A stretch of DNA of 64,000 bases from positions 2,294,001 to 2,358,000 of the forward strand of contig CM022670.1 in NCBI GenBank assembly GCA_012295275.1, given 5' to 3'. Below are positions 1-13,574 of the stretch, piece by piece (the first letter of the stretch is position 1; every line of letters begins with the position of its first letter). Under the pieces are notes generated by a model. That model saw only the letters and a list, made by a program, of their open reading frames with translations, was not told the DNA's origin and ran no database searches. The stretch comes from Chrysomallon squamiferum. Its lineage: Eukaryota; Animalia; Mollusca. The position numbers and the translations under genes are program-made.

Positions 1-756
1 TGTCTCAGATTCATCATCCGTAACATCTGTCTCACCTATCAATACCTGAGGAATGGCATTTTTTGATTCGCTGCTGCTGTGAAAGCTGTCGTCATGACTT
101 TTGTGCTTTGATACTGCAACAGTGATTACCACTATCATTGTAACTAAAACCACAAGCATCATTAATCCAATCATAACAGCTTTGAAGCAGAATGATACTT
201 TATTCATTACTGGAAAGTAGTCATGCAAACCTTCTTCATGAACGGTTGCTGTCGATACATACACAGACACAGCAATGAGACCAAGAAATAACGAGACAAG
301 ACAACCAACCGTCGGCCAAATCTTTTTACACTTCTTGCCAAATTTGTCACACAAACACAAGATATTTTTCAATAACACAAAAACAACAGTGGATGAAATT
401 ACCATTATGAGAAACACATAGATTCCGTGAATCATCACTTTGTAGTCCTGGGTGACATTTTCATTAGCGTGATGGTAATACAGCAGATGAATTATCTCCA
501 GAGGTGCCCACAGAAGATCAAATGCTAAACAAGCAGCAAGAAGTGTTAAAATGATTGCATAACTTGGTTTTTCTATTACTTTACCTGTCACAATGGTAAA
601 GGTTACTGCCAAGCTTCCAACACCTCCAGCCAGTGCTGACAGCAAAAGGGTAGTTGCTGACAGCACCATGGAATAAGCCTGTAGACGGTTTCCCTCTTCG
701 AGATTTGTTGCATTCACCAATTCATTTAAAAACATCCTGCTCTGATTACTTGCCAT
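1..756 (-). CDS. Divergent class A (rhodopsin-like) GPCR-type multi-pass membrane protein; 3'-partial, TM1-TM5 plus start of ICL3, runs off the window
   Basis: Manual translation from ATG 756 gives 252 open codons: MASNQSRMFLNELVNATNLEEG..., with N-glycosylation sequons NQS and NAT and no signal peptide. Five hydrophobic helices follow: ..LLSALAGGVGSLAV.. (GxxGN-like), ..LAFDLLWAP.. (LAxxD..P-like), ..GIYVFLIMVISSTVVFVLL.., ..KIWPTVGCLVSLFLGLIAV.., ..AVMIGLMMLVVLVTMIVVITVAV... A Ser/acidic loop comes next. Splice acceptor (ttgttcag) at 798-799, 41 nt upstream of the ATG. Missing from the ORF track because the stop codon is outside the window. Confidence 0.8.
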   Translation of the reverse strand, partial: MASNQSRMFLNELVNATNLEEGNRLQAYSMVLSATTLLLSALAGGVGSLAVTFTIVTGKVIEKPSYAIILTLLAACLAFDLLWAPLEIIHLLYYHHANENVTQDYKVMIHGIYVFLIMVISSTVVFVLLKNILCLCDKFGKKCKKIWPTVGCLVSLFLGLIAVSVYVSTATVHEEGLHDYFPVMNKVSFCFKAVMIGLMMLVVLVTMIVVITVAVSKHKSHDDSFHSSSESKNAIPQVLIGETDVTDDESET

Positions 757-1372
757 GAAGAATGGTTTGTGTGTGCGTGTGTGTTTTCCCTTTAACACTG
801 AACAATAATCAATATATCCAGATAGAAAAATGAAATATTTCTTTTAAACAGATTACTCTCTCACAGGGTTTTTCACATCTCAGTGACAAAATAATTCAGC
901 CATTTATGGCAAAGAGTTGTTTTTTCTAAAATAACAATCATTTTTAATGGCTAAACAAGTAGTTTTTGTTTACATCTTTCTTATTCTTCTTTCTTTCCTT
1001 TTCTTTTAAAGTAAAAGTAAAAATAATTAATTAATAAAATGCACAATGGACAAACCAAAAATAGTTACCTTTTGGGTTTTTTACCACTGCAGTGAGTGTC
1101 CTATTTTTATTTATTTTTTAAAACACAGAATGTTGATGACATCTGTTACATCTCAGCCAATATTAATTTTACTCCAGTATTACACCGAAATTTGTTTTAA
1201 TTTCCATTACAAGCAAACATTAGCAAAGCTGTGATTAGAATGAAAAAACCTGTTCATTACATTTTGAAACACCAGATTTCTGCAAGTATCACATTTCTAT
1301 AAATTTAATTTCTAATAAAATGAATTCTTTTTTCTCTGATTACTGGCACATTCAGCAATAACTGTCATAAAT

Positions 1373-1414
<42 letters not shown>

Positions 1415-3079
1415 TTCTTTACACAGTATTAACTATCAACAATAAAAAACATTAAACATGATATTTTTTAAATATTCCTCAAAATTCAGATCACGTGAGA
1501 ATTATCCTCTGTTATACGAATCAGCAACAGATACACCTGTCAGGTCCAGTAGCAGAATCAGCTATGACACAGAGTTAGATACAACAACACAGACCTCACA
1601 CACTTACTGTCTGCAGATTTTTTTTTTTTAGTTATTATTTCTCACTCAGTCATAAAACTGTGTCACATATATTTCAGCTTCTTGTCATTTCCACTGACAC
1701 AATAGGACTGGAAGCCAGAGTCTTTCCTTGATAATTGTTTCCTCTCTGTGTCTGACTGCTTAATCACAGAGTTTAGTCAAATCAGATAACTGTCACTTCT
1801 CACAGCAAAACAAGTTTGTTCTCACCTAGGCAGAAAAACAAGTTAATTATCACCTTCACATCTCATGTAGTAGTAAATAAGTTCAGCTTCTCTCTGTGTT
1901 TGAAATAACTTGTCCACATATGAGTTGTCACCACTAACATTATTTTTCTTGTTTCTTCTTAGATTTTTTTTTTTTTTTTTCCCCTAATATTTCTTCCAGT
2001 AAGGAAAACAGTTTGATTTACATGAAGCACATATTCCAAAAAAAAAAAAAAACAGAAACAAATTTTCAAGTTGTTAAAACAGTTTTGTGTTTTTTCACAT
2101 CACTTCTTTCTTTTATTAACTGGGCAATTGGAAAGCTGCTTGGCACAGCTTTAATCTCTCAAGTCGACAGATACCACACATTCAGCACCGTCTAGAACTG
2201 TGTGCGTAATTATTATTGGAAGATTGAGTTGTGTCTTACAGTTGGTAAGTGGCCAATGACAGAAGCCTCATCAGTGGACTGCCTGTCTGTAAGAGATGCA
2301 CACATATAGAGGCACGGCCAGCTTCTTGGTGTCACAGGCAATTCTTTACTTTATTATTGACATTTAGAGTAGAGTAGTGCTCTCCTTCGTAGCTTAAATG
2401 GACTACAGTGCAGTTAGTTTGTAACACAGACTGTCTAGCCCAATTAAAATATTCTTAATTTTTTTTTTTTTTTTTTTATCCCTTAGTATTAAAGACTGAA
2501 TGGTCTTCAATGAACAAATATATTTACAAAAATCAGTTGTGTTAATTAATAAGAAAATGAATCATTTGGATTTTTTGGTGGGTTTTTTTAAGGCAGTTTT
2601 GGAATTAAATTTTGTTATATAATAAGAAAGAAACTACAGGAATGTTATTTCTTTTTCTTCTCCTTTTTAAGATTCATTAAAAACAGACTTATTCATAAAT
2701 GCAAATGGAAGTGATTATTAATATGGATCCTTGTTTTTTTTGTTATTTTTGGTTTTTTATTTTTATCCTTTATAAAATAATATTAACTTACTATCAAATC
2801 AGAATTAATTCTGATGGTTTTATTTATAAATATTTATCTCATGCAGATTTGGTAAGGTTAGTTCACCTAATAGATCATGCAGCTATAGATTTCTTCTTGA
2901 ATGGAGTTTGACACCAACAATATTCTTCTTGATTTTTTTATTTTTGAGGTATCAAGGTATTGTATGACTGGTAATTATTCTTCACATGAAACAAACCTAT
3001 TACTTGCATATTTTTATTTCTGGTAATGATAGGTTTTTTTTGTGGTTTTTTTAAACGTCTCTGTTTTATTGACTTTTTG

Positions 3080-3640
3080 CCTGTCACTTTGTGTAAGTCT
3101 GTATGTTGTATTCAATCACAGATCAGTATTTGTTTTTTTTTCTACTCTCTGCTATATCTTATTTCTATTATTTTAAATGTTTCAATGTAAGTCAGTTTTT
3201 ACTTCTTCTCCTGATTATAAAATCACTTTGTACAAGTGGATGTCCTGTGCTCTGTAACAGCTGTATACTTGAATTTTGTTTCCACAATAAAACTTTTTAA
3301 TATTTGTTTAAATATCTCAGTTTTATTGATATCTTTTGTGTGTGTGTGGTTTTTTTTTACATACCACTTTGTATGAGTCAGTGACTTGTGTGTTTCCTAA
3401 CAGATGTGTTGTTTGTTATTCAATAGCGGTTTTTTCTTCTTTTCCCCCACAATACTGTAATATAATTATTACAATTTTTAAATTTTTATTTTTTAAATGT
3501 TTAAATCTAATTCAATTTTAACTTCATAATTTTTTTTAATTCTTCTCTTTTATGTAACATCACTTTGTACAGTCAGTGTCTTGTGTGCTTCATCACGGTT
3601 GTGTTTTTCCCTACGGTTGTTTGTTGTTATCAACTATCAC
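3080..3640. repeat. Four diverged tandem copies of a 140-200 bp unit
   Basis: Core CACTTTGT(A/G)..AGT(C/G)..TGT recurs at about 3085, 3223, 3365 and 3561. Confidence 0.6.
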
Positions 3641-6004
3641 CGTTCATTGATTTTTGGTTCAGAGTTTGCCAAGTTGCAGGAAGACATGTGCCAGTGTTTG
3701 AAACACTGGTGTTCAAAGAGATGTTAGTTCTCGTCCATTAGGAGAAACCGAACTCTAATATTATTCCACTACTTCTGTTCAAAATCCCAGTGGGCAGGCC
3801 CGTGACAGTTGTTTATCTTGCTTTATTTTCTCTGGTAAATTGAATGCACGATACAGAACTGAAAAAGAAATGAGTAATCTTTTTCTTTTCTTTTTAAAAA
3901 AAAAAAAAATTACAAATTACCATGGGATTTAAAACATATTACTATAATGCTTTATCAGATTAAGCCTACTAAATGCTTTCAGGATTACTTTAATTCAATT
4001 TTTTTTAATTATCTCTTTGCGTTTTCTAAATCCGATAAAATGAATTCTGATGCAGATGGTTTAAAGGCATCGTGATACAAATATGTTGTTGACAATATGA
4101 TAATTTGTAATGTAAGATATTTTTTCTTATTAAATACAAACACCATGTTTACCTATATTTACAATGGCATATAGCTATCAATATTTTAGTGGTCAATCAC
4201 TATAACATTTTAAAAATTATTATTCAGATTTTTTTCCCCACATATGTTTAGCTGTCTTTCAAATTTCTATTATATGATTTTAGAAAACAGAAAGATCGTA
4301 TCTCAGAGCAAATGTTAAACAAAATACAATGTCCATTATATTAAAAATTATTTTAATTAAAGTAATAAGTATGTTTAAAAAATATAATTATTTCTTTTCA
4401 TGATAGTTTATTAGTCAGTAATTAAAAAAAATAATAATAATAAATCCATCATATTTTTAGAAATAATTTGATAGGATATGGAAATTTATAGAAGCTTGCT
4501 AATAATTATGTGTTAAATATTAATTGGGTTTTATTTATTTCTTCTTCTTCTTCTTCTTATTATTATTATTATATATTTATTTAATTTTATTTATCTTCTA
4601 AAATTTATTTTCTACTGAAAGACTTTGTTAACATTTACCTAAACAATTCTAATATTATATGATTAAACAGCTTGTTTGATTCTAACAAACCAGATTCTTT
4701 TTCTATTTATTTAAAATGTTCTTATGTTCATCCAAAAATCTAAATATTTAAATATCAAAATTATATTTATTCACTTTATTTAAAGAATAAATAATTTCAA
4801 TTCTTCTATAAATTTGATTTACAGGGGTTTTTTAAATTAAAATTCTACTCAAATATTAACACTATTCTGATCACACATGTGTTTGCAAGAGAATATTTTC
4901 TTACCTTGCTTCTACAATTGTCAACAATAAAAAATCCATAGAGAAGTCTCTCTTGTAGCCGATGTTACACATCACACATTAGGAAAAGTTAAACCCTGCT
5001 ACCAGCATTACATGCTTAGTGCTCTTGCTCCTACACATACAACTGTTACTGTGATCAATACTTGCGTATCTGCGAGGCTATTGTTCTTCAATGACGAGCT
5101 AATTCTCAATCAAATTACAGAGGCAATTCCGAAGATTAAGGAATGACCTCACCAAAACCAAGGTGTGATTGCCCAGTGGTCTTCTATGATGCTACTATGA
5201 AAAGTGTAATGACTTAGTGTGATTCCTAGGCAGATGAATGGCACTTGATAAGTGCTGCGGTAATTCAGCCACAGCCAGTTGGGTTATACCTTTAACCACT
5301 GGGAGCGAGTTACAATTCCTGAACAAAATATCTGACAGTTGGTTACAACCACGTGGTTATCATAGTGTAATGTTACAGTGCTGTCCAAGGGAAATGTTTT
5401 AAACATTAACTTTTTAGTTGTGAAACTTTAGAAAAAATCTATAAAACAAACCAACTTCATAACTGGTGAAAAATGATCTGCAAAAAAAATGCTGTTTCTT
5501 TTATCAATGAAAAAAACAAAACAAAACCTATATAAATATTTTCTAACATATTAAATTGGTGATTATTATTTTCATGGAACTGATACTTCTAACAAAAGTT
5601 TGGCCTCTGAAAAAAATATTAAATTTAGTTGCAATGAAGCTCCGAATATTTGTGTATTATGTTAATATGAAATGAAACCAGCTGTGTAACTTCAAAAGCT
5701 ACTCATTTTAATTAACAGCAAGGGATCTTTTTTCTCCTTTGATTCAAACTGATCTTATTTGTTTCAGGAAAAAAAGATCTGGATTTTGCAGATGAAAGAG
5801 TGAAGTCAGATAAATATTCACCCTTAACTTGCCCACCTTTTTATATTATGTTTCTCTTACAGAATGACGTATCAAAAACCATGCTTTGTCCTTTTACATC
5901 CATACATAATCATCATTTCAGACAGTTTAACTGGTCAGTAGTAGAAGTCCACATATATTATTATAAACCTGCTTAACTATTAATTGATAATAAAGTGTTA
6001 AAAG

Positions 6005-6038
<34 letters not shown>

Positions 6039-8370
6039 GGCAATTTTATTAATATATATTTTTTATATGGGTATATGAATGGCAATATACTACAAACACT
6101 AAAGCACAAAATAAAATGTATTCTTAATATGTATTTCTGATAAATAAATCTAGTTCACAAAACGTACAAAATGTTTGACAGACCTATCGAAATCTTTTCT
6201 GGCAAAATTATTCACCACTTGTAGCAACTGACAAAAGTGCTGATAAGATCTAAATATGAAAACTGGAAACATTGAAGAAATGAAAAACGTTCCATTCAAA
6301 GACGATAAGAAATTGCACTGATTGAAAGATGATTATCACAAGTGATGTGTCAACATTAAACATAAAGATGTCAAAGAATCATGATTCATTTGGAAGAGTG
6401 GAAAGAAGTAACAAATTTCGTATGAAGATTATCTTGTTGATTTTGCTGAATGTAAAATTTAAAAAATAAAGTAAAAAAAAAAAAAAAAAAATCCAGTTTA
6501 TAAGAAAACTGGGTTAACAGCAGTCAAATTAAACTGATGAAACATATTGTTATAGATGAAAACATTATGAAGAAAGAATGATGAAGATGTGCATTTAAAT
6601 TCTTGTATTTTGTTTTAATTTAGAATTTTATTTAGAATTATGAATTACATTTTTATTTCTACCTGACAGTTTATACATTATTTTAGTATATTACAAGTAT
6701 TTTACTTGGAACTGATTGTGAAAGAAATAACTGAGAAAATGAACAAAAAGATTAAAAAAAGAAAAAAAAAGAGAAAAACAGTTAACTGTAAGGACAAATC
6801 AAAATAGAATACTAGATAGAAAAATAAAAAATTTCTAAACTAAAATACTTTTTTTTTTTTAAAGGAGAAATTATGTTTGATTTTAAATGTAAAGTACACT
6901 ATTATAAATTTAATAAGGTGTTTATCTGGAAGAAGAGTGCTTTTGAAATAGCAATGTAATAATTGTTTGAACTCTTGGTAAAAAGAAAGCTAATTTTTTG
7001 TCTAAATAAATGCATTCAATTTAAATGTCAAATATATGTACACTGAATGAAATGAAATCATTGCAAAATTAATCATCAGTTATATTTTAAAATAAAGGAA
7101 ATCTCCAACAAATAAAAACCAAAAAAAAAAACAGAACCAAAATAATAAGAAATTGCAAGTCTCATTATAAATGAACTTTTACTCAGGTATATAATCAATT
7201 TTGAAGTCATAATCGTATTTGTAATTGTGACTAATAACAATAATATACAATTACAAAATTGTTATTATTATCATTAAAATAAAGTTAATGATTTTGCTAT
7301 TAAATTTTTTTTAAAGTGTTATAACTAATAGCCTTAGTATTAATAATTAATAATTATGCATTACAAATAATAGCTTTAGTATTAATACCTGAAAGTAAAC
7401 AATCTTTTTTTTTAATTTTTATAAATGCTTTAAAACACCCTAAACACTGAAATATCCACAGACTCACACAGAAATAATCAAATACATTTTTAAAATGAAT
7501 GAAAACTGTTACAAATAACTGAGAGTAAAAAAATCATGTACCAATCTTTGGTAAAACATTTTTTAATTTTAATTTTATTTTATTATCTGATGAAATCCAA
7601 AATATACTTTTTAGCACAATTGTTAAAATATTTAATGAATAAAATGCATAAACCTGCAATAATAAAACTATTTACAATATTATTATTATTATTTTAAATA
7701 ATAATAATAATAATAATAGTAATCATAATCATAATAATAATAATAAAGAAATTTGAAGAAAATGGACAGTAAAAAAAAAAAAAAGAAATTACCTAAAACT
7801 GAATTTATATCATTTTCCAAGTGAGGCATAAGGCCCTTTGGGTTTGAATTTTCATTTGGTCACCTAGCTAAAGCCATTAATTCCACATAAATTCTGTGAT
7901 AACCCATTACTGCTTGCTTAGAAAAGATATTGCTAATCATCTGATGCAGAAAATTGCAGGATTTGTGTTTTGCAAACTTTACTTTGATATTTTTGGTAGT
8001 ACAGGCATTTTTAGGCTGTATTGTTAAATTTCATTCTTAATCTTTTTTTTTTTTTTTATCTTTATCTTTAATCTTCTTAGTTCTCCATCTGAACTGAATA
8101 AAAACGTAATTTACCATGTGAAGTTTTATATAACATTTGCATGACAATGTCAGCTTTTCCTATGCCCACTCAATCAACCACTACACTGTATGCTGTGGAA
8201 ATTACAAGAGAAATGTTTTTATATAGCTATGGACTAGATGGAATTTCTTTTGCATCACTTTTTAGCCAGTCATAATCATGTTAACTCTCAAAAAAACAAA
8301 AACAATACTGCCAAGAGAAATGTCATGATCAGCATTCTTCCACAGCTTTTTAAAAATGTTTGCACTTTTC

Positions 8371-8376
<6 letters not shown>

Positions 8377-8421
<45 letters not shown>
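8377..8421. repeat. (TG)n microsatellite
   Basis: TG run. Similar (CA)n runs at about 13522-13568 and 49924-49962. Confidence 0.9.
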
Positions 8422-8426
<5 letters not shown>

Positions 8427-11099
8427 CTTAGCATTAAAGGTTTCAGATTAGTAACTAAATATTCAAAACCAGTCTGTCACTTTTACTTACATATCAGTCA
8501 AATACTAAAACTTTTATTTATCATTTGAATTTTTTCATCATATTAAATGTTTTAGTATAATCTGTCATTAATATAATCAAAACTTTGTCATCCATAATAC
8601 TTTTTCATGTAAGCATAATCATTTAATTCACATTTTTATTTATCATCATCTATCAACAGTGACAAATTTTTATCATCTTAATATAAATCTAATTTCTCTT
8701 CACATCTTTTTTTGATTTTTTCTGATTTATGCAATCAGATTTTTACAACTTGTATCTATCCTTCTTCTTTTTCACTAATGGCTAGATAATCCAGACCATC
8801 CCCAAGACATCAGTACCCCTAAGCAAGAGAAATAAAAGTGGATCTGAGTGTCTCTTAACTAGAATAAAAGTGACCACAAAAAGCATTCTGAAATTGCCAG
8901 CACAACCTGTAACAGTGGGGACTGGGAATGAACATGGATGTCACAAACTGCTGTAAGAGACAACATGCATCGTGACTGGATGGAGATATAACGAGATGTG
9001 GAAGCAATGAACTCAAATGACGTGGACTTGAATGCCATGCAGATTTGGTGGCATTACCATTATTAGCACAAGGCTAAGTCTGATGCATTAACAAAAAACA
9101 TTTTTTTGAAACATCCAGTTTTTTAAAGGCTTTTTGTGTATCTGTGTGTGTGTGTGTTTCTGACTGTCTGTCCCTGTATTTCTGCATGCCCACAAAAATA
9201 GACTCAGAGACACACTGACATAAGCATCCTTTTGCATACAAATTAAAGATCATGTGGTGAAGTCTGCAATCCACACAAATCACACAGTAATCCATCTGCC
9301 ATTAGAATGACTTCAAAACCAGAAAGTTGCTAAAAAAATGCAAATTTGACATTTTATGTTATATAAAAACAATCACTGCTTACAATTTTTAATCTTTTAG
9401 ATACCACTGTTTGAAAAAAGTGAATTTCAAATGAAATTTACATATGGTCTTCACTGGTTTTATCGGATAACAGTATAAACAAAATTTAATTTGGGGTACA
9501 GTGACCTAATAATTCCTTAAGAAGCAGCCAAAGACACTTTAAAAATATTTCTTTTATGTTAAGTATTTTAATACCTTTCAGTAAGGATATTATAATTATA
9601 TATCCTTACTAACATTATGATGTAATATAGCTGCACTACATTTCATTTGGTCCTTTTTAATATTTGGAAAAATACAAATCAGTATTTTATATCAAAACAC
9701 ATTTTAATATTAAAATTTATTACATGTCATAAATATGAATTAATTTTTTTAAGGAAACCCACTACTTCCAATCATTTTATATGCACCTTTCCTTGCAGAA
9801 ACAAGTCATGAGGCAGTTTCTGGAATGGGATAAAGACTAATGTACTGTATATTGAACAAAACTCCACTTAGAGATTTAAGATCTTGCTGAAGACATCTAT
9901 TGAAAAATAAACATCTGACTGCATGCTCTGCAGGTTCTGTTGACTGAACACTTAGTGTGGTCTCGTACTGTTGGCTCAAATAATAACATTTTCTGCACCT
10001 GACAAGTTTTCAGCATAAATCAAATATTACTGGAGTTCCAGTTAGCCACAGCTCAAGTTCTTAGCAACACTGATAAAGCACATCACAGCAAGAATTGGAC
10101 GTGCTTTTAACATACAATTTGTGGTTTCAATCTATCAACTAGTCACGAATCAAAACTAAGAAAAAAAAAAAAGATTATTTAAGAAAGAAGAAGATAAAAA
10201 GGAATAATGGGAAATTGAAATAAAAAAAATAAAAAATATTAATAATAATAATAATAATAATAATAAAAGTAAAGAAATCACATTATCCAAATGATAAAAC
10301 ACAGACTGTAAATTTCAAGAAAGATGAAATATTTAAATTCATTGACAAACATGCTGAGCACAGTTTTAATGTACAGTTATATGGGGTTAGGACAATGCAA
10401 TATCAATGCTTGCAAAAATGAAATTTACAAAAACATGCTACAGCTAGCTTGTATTTTGAAATAGCAGCAAGAGATCTTTAATGTCTGTCTTCCCCATATG
10501 CATGAACAATTCATAAATGATCCTAGAAAACAGTCACTGGACACAAGCTGAGAAATGAAATAACCCAAAAATTTGAAAAACAAAACTGTCCACATTTTTT
10601 TTTTTTATTAAACTATGAGTCAACAATTGTCAGATATCATTAGTGTATACATTTTTACTCAAATATTTAATTGTCACAGTTACAGTATCCATGCAGCCTA
10701 ATTCAACACAGAGAATTATTTTCACAATTACTGGCAGGTGTTCTTTTCAAACAATTTTATTAATACAAAACCTTTTATGCATTTCATTTCCGTTGCACCT
10801 AAACATGTTTACTGTCAATGTGGGGGGGGTTAACTGCAGACATTTACTGACCAGCACTTAACCGTAATGTTTGAAATGATGTTGATGGGCAGAAATTAAT
10901 GCTTTGTCTGGTTGCCAGAGTCACATGGATGCATCATTAATATGTATATTGACAGTGATTACCAGAATTTGCAGAACTCTGACAGGCTCACTGCGGTCAT
11001 AATAGTTTCCATAATAATACTGTGCAAAAATAAACTTTCAAATAACAGAAGTATCCTGTTTATATCCTGTGATCAATAAAGCATAAAGCCAAAACATTT

Positions 11100-11410
11100 A
11101 AATTCAATACTGGTATTTAGTCCACTGCACTAACGTCAAACTGTTAAGCTAACTATTTCAGACAGACAAGTTCTGGTTACATCCATGAGTCCTAGCAAGT
11201 GTAAAACCAAAACGCTTAACTAAAATGAAAGAAAATTAATACTGGTATTTAATGACTAACATCGTGTTACATATTATTATCTAACTTAATTTCAGATAAA
11301 CAATTAGCCTTGATCAGTCGAGTTGTACAAAGTGTAAACCCAGAATACTTATATAATATGTTACAGCCCACAGAAAATTAATATTGGTATTTAATCAATT
11401 GCTTCGATGC
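11100..11410. repeat. Three diverged tandem copies, about 135-140 bp
   Basis: AAT(T)AATA(C/T)TGGTATTTA recurs at about 11101, 11234 and 11376, with GTGTAAA(A)CC in the first two units. Confidence 0.6.
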
Positions 11411-11686
11411 CAGACTCTTATGTTGACTTCTTTTTAACAAATGGTCTGTTGAGTAAATGTAACACAAAAAATGTTGTCAAGACTTGATAGGCTTGTGTGA
11501 AATTTGATTTATTTTCTCAAAATCCTAAGCAGCATTATCCAAAGAAGCAATGATTATAGAAGGGACAATTAAATTTGATTGTGAAAACTAGATTTAAAGA
11601 GCTAAAGAAAAATGTGAGTTCATCAAAATCATCAATTTACTTTTGGCACATGTGAATTCCATACTTCTTTCTAATATTATTTTATT

Positions 11687-11750
<64 letters not shown>

Positions 11751-11809
11751 TTTTTTTAATGTTTCTATTCTTTTTTTTCATTTTTAAATTTAAATTTTAT
11801 TACTATTCT

Positions 11810-12280
11810 TTATTTATTTTTTTTTTTTTTAAAAGCATATGGGTCAATATTAAAAACACAATCAGTTTTAGGACAAATTCTGAATCCTAAATTATTTTAT
11901 TATTTTTTAATTTCTATTTTTATGTATGTTTTTTCAATTCATTATCCAATTAAACTTGGACAAATTCTGAATTTATTTATTTTATTATTTTTTTTTTTTT
12001 ATGTATCTATTTTTTAAAATCTTTTCATTCATCCAATTAAACTTGGACAAATTCTGAATCCTATTCTATTATTATTATTATTATTATTATTTTTATGTAT
12101 CTATTTTTTTAAATTAAATTTCTATTCTTTGAAGCAGTAAATCATTTTTATTTTTTAATTTATTTAGTTTTATTACAATTTATTTATTTATTTATTTTTT
12201 TTTTTTTTAAAGCATATGGGTCAATATTAAAAACACAATCCAATTAAACTTTACATGATGAACAAATTCTGAATCCTATT
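11810..12280. repeat. Complex local duplication
   Basis: AAGCATATGGGTCAATATTAAAAACACAATC occurs twice (about 11833 and 12210). ACAAATTCTGAAT occurs four times (about 11873, 11960, 12047, 12263), three of them preceded by ATCCAATTAAACTT. Confidence 0.75.
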
Positions 12281-13520
12281 CTAAGTAAATTTATCTTTTG
12301 CATAAAAGCCTTCCAGGTCTCTTCCTGCATTAGGTCCATTATTGGTCTCCTCTGTGGGACTAGTTAGGCTGGAATAAAGCAAGCAACAAAAGAGAAAATT
12401 CTTCACAAATTAAACTGCTTCCCTGCTATGAACTGAACTAAAGTTCTGAATAGCAAGGACAATAGTCATTATAGAAAACAATAGTGCTTCTGAAAATGGC
12501 TGCTTTGGGCCCTATTACCAGCACTTCCACTTGGTAACTAACTCAATCAGACTATAAAAGAACTGATTAGTCCAGCAGTGGTAATAAATGGTGCTGCTTT
12601 ACTGGTGGAACATGCATTAATAGATCTGTTTTTACTCAAAAATATAAATAATATTCTTCTATAAAAGGTTAGTTTGAATTTCAAATTTTGGTCCATGCTT
12701 TTTTTGCCTTGTACAAGTTTTGTACAAGTTTAAAATTCAAATAAAACAAAAGATACTGGTTTTAAAATTAACATTATAAAAAAATACTGATTCTAAAATT
12801 AAAATACACTAGTGAAAACTAAAACAGACTTGTTCTTGATGAACAAATGGAAATAATTTACGATCTACATCTCTTTATAAATACTGATAATTGAGTGATA
12901 TATTTACATCAATTTATCAATTTTCAAAAATTACACAAGAGCCACTATCAATTATGTTCATCCTGTTGTATATATCTGAAGAAAATAAAAACTGATTAAG
13001 TAACATATCCATCTCTTGTTTAGGCAATATCTGTTCAATGTCCTATGTAATAAAACCAGTATGACATGTCTGATTGAAAACCTTCCAGGCATATAAACTA
13101 TGAATCATATCTAACTATCCTTGAGTATCTGTGTTATGGTTTTAGGATAAAGTCTGTGATACATGACTGCTTCCTGGCAATTCCTCCTAGACTAAAAGCA
13201 CAGAGACTCTGGCAGGTGAATATATTACCAGGCGATGTAAAAGCAAAAATAACCTGATCAGTGACATATTATAAGATAACAGACTTGTCACTGGCAATTA
13301 TCTTGTGATTTAAAAAAAAAATTGTTATGTATATATAGTACAACTCACAGTGAGCGACATAATGTCTATAAATATCCCTGTAAAGACGGAAGTTTGCATA
13401 ATAAAATTAAGATAACAAAATTGAAGATTCTGATAATGAAATTATTATAACAGAATTTAAGTTTATATATATCTATCCTAAGGAAAAAAATAATTTAAAA
13501 AAACACCAAAAATAACCACC

Positions 13521-13574
<54 letters not shown>

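Noticed and set aside
3550-3600. Possible C/D-box snoRNA on the minus strand (GTGATGA...CTGA)
   Set aside because: No terminal D box or closing stem, and the boxes are not kept in the other tandem copies.
12280-12370. Possible minus-strand exon (acceptor ttattccag; LTSPTEETNNGPNAGRDLEGFYAK)
   Set aside because: No similarity to the ArgRS C-terminus, no partner exons, and a stop soon follows.
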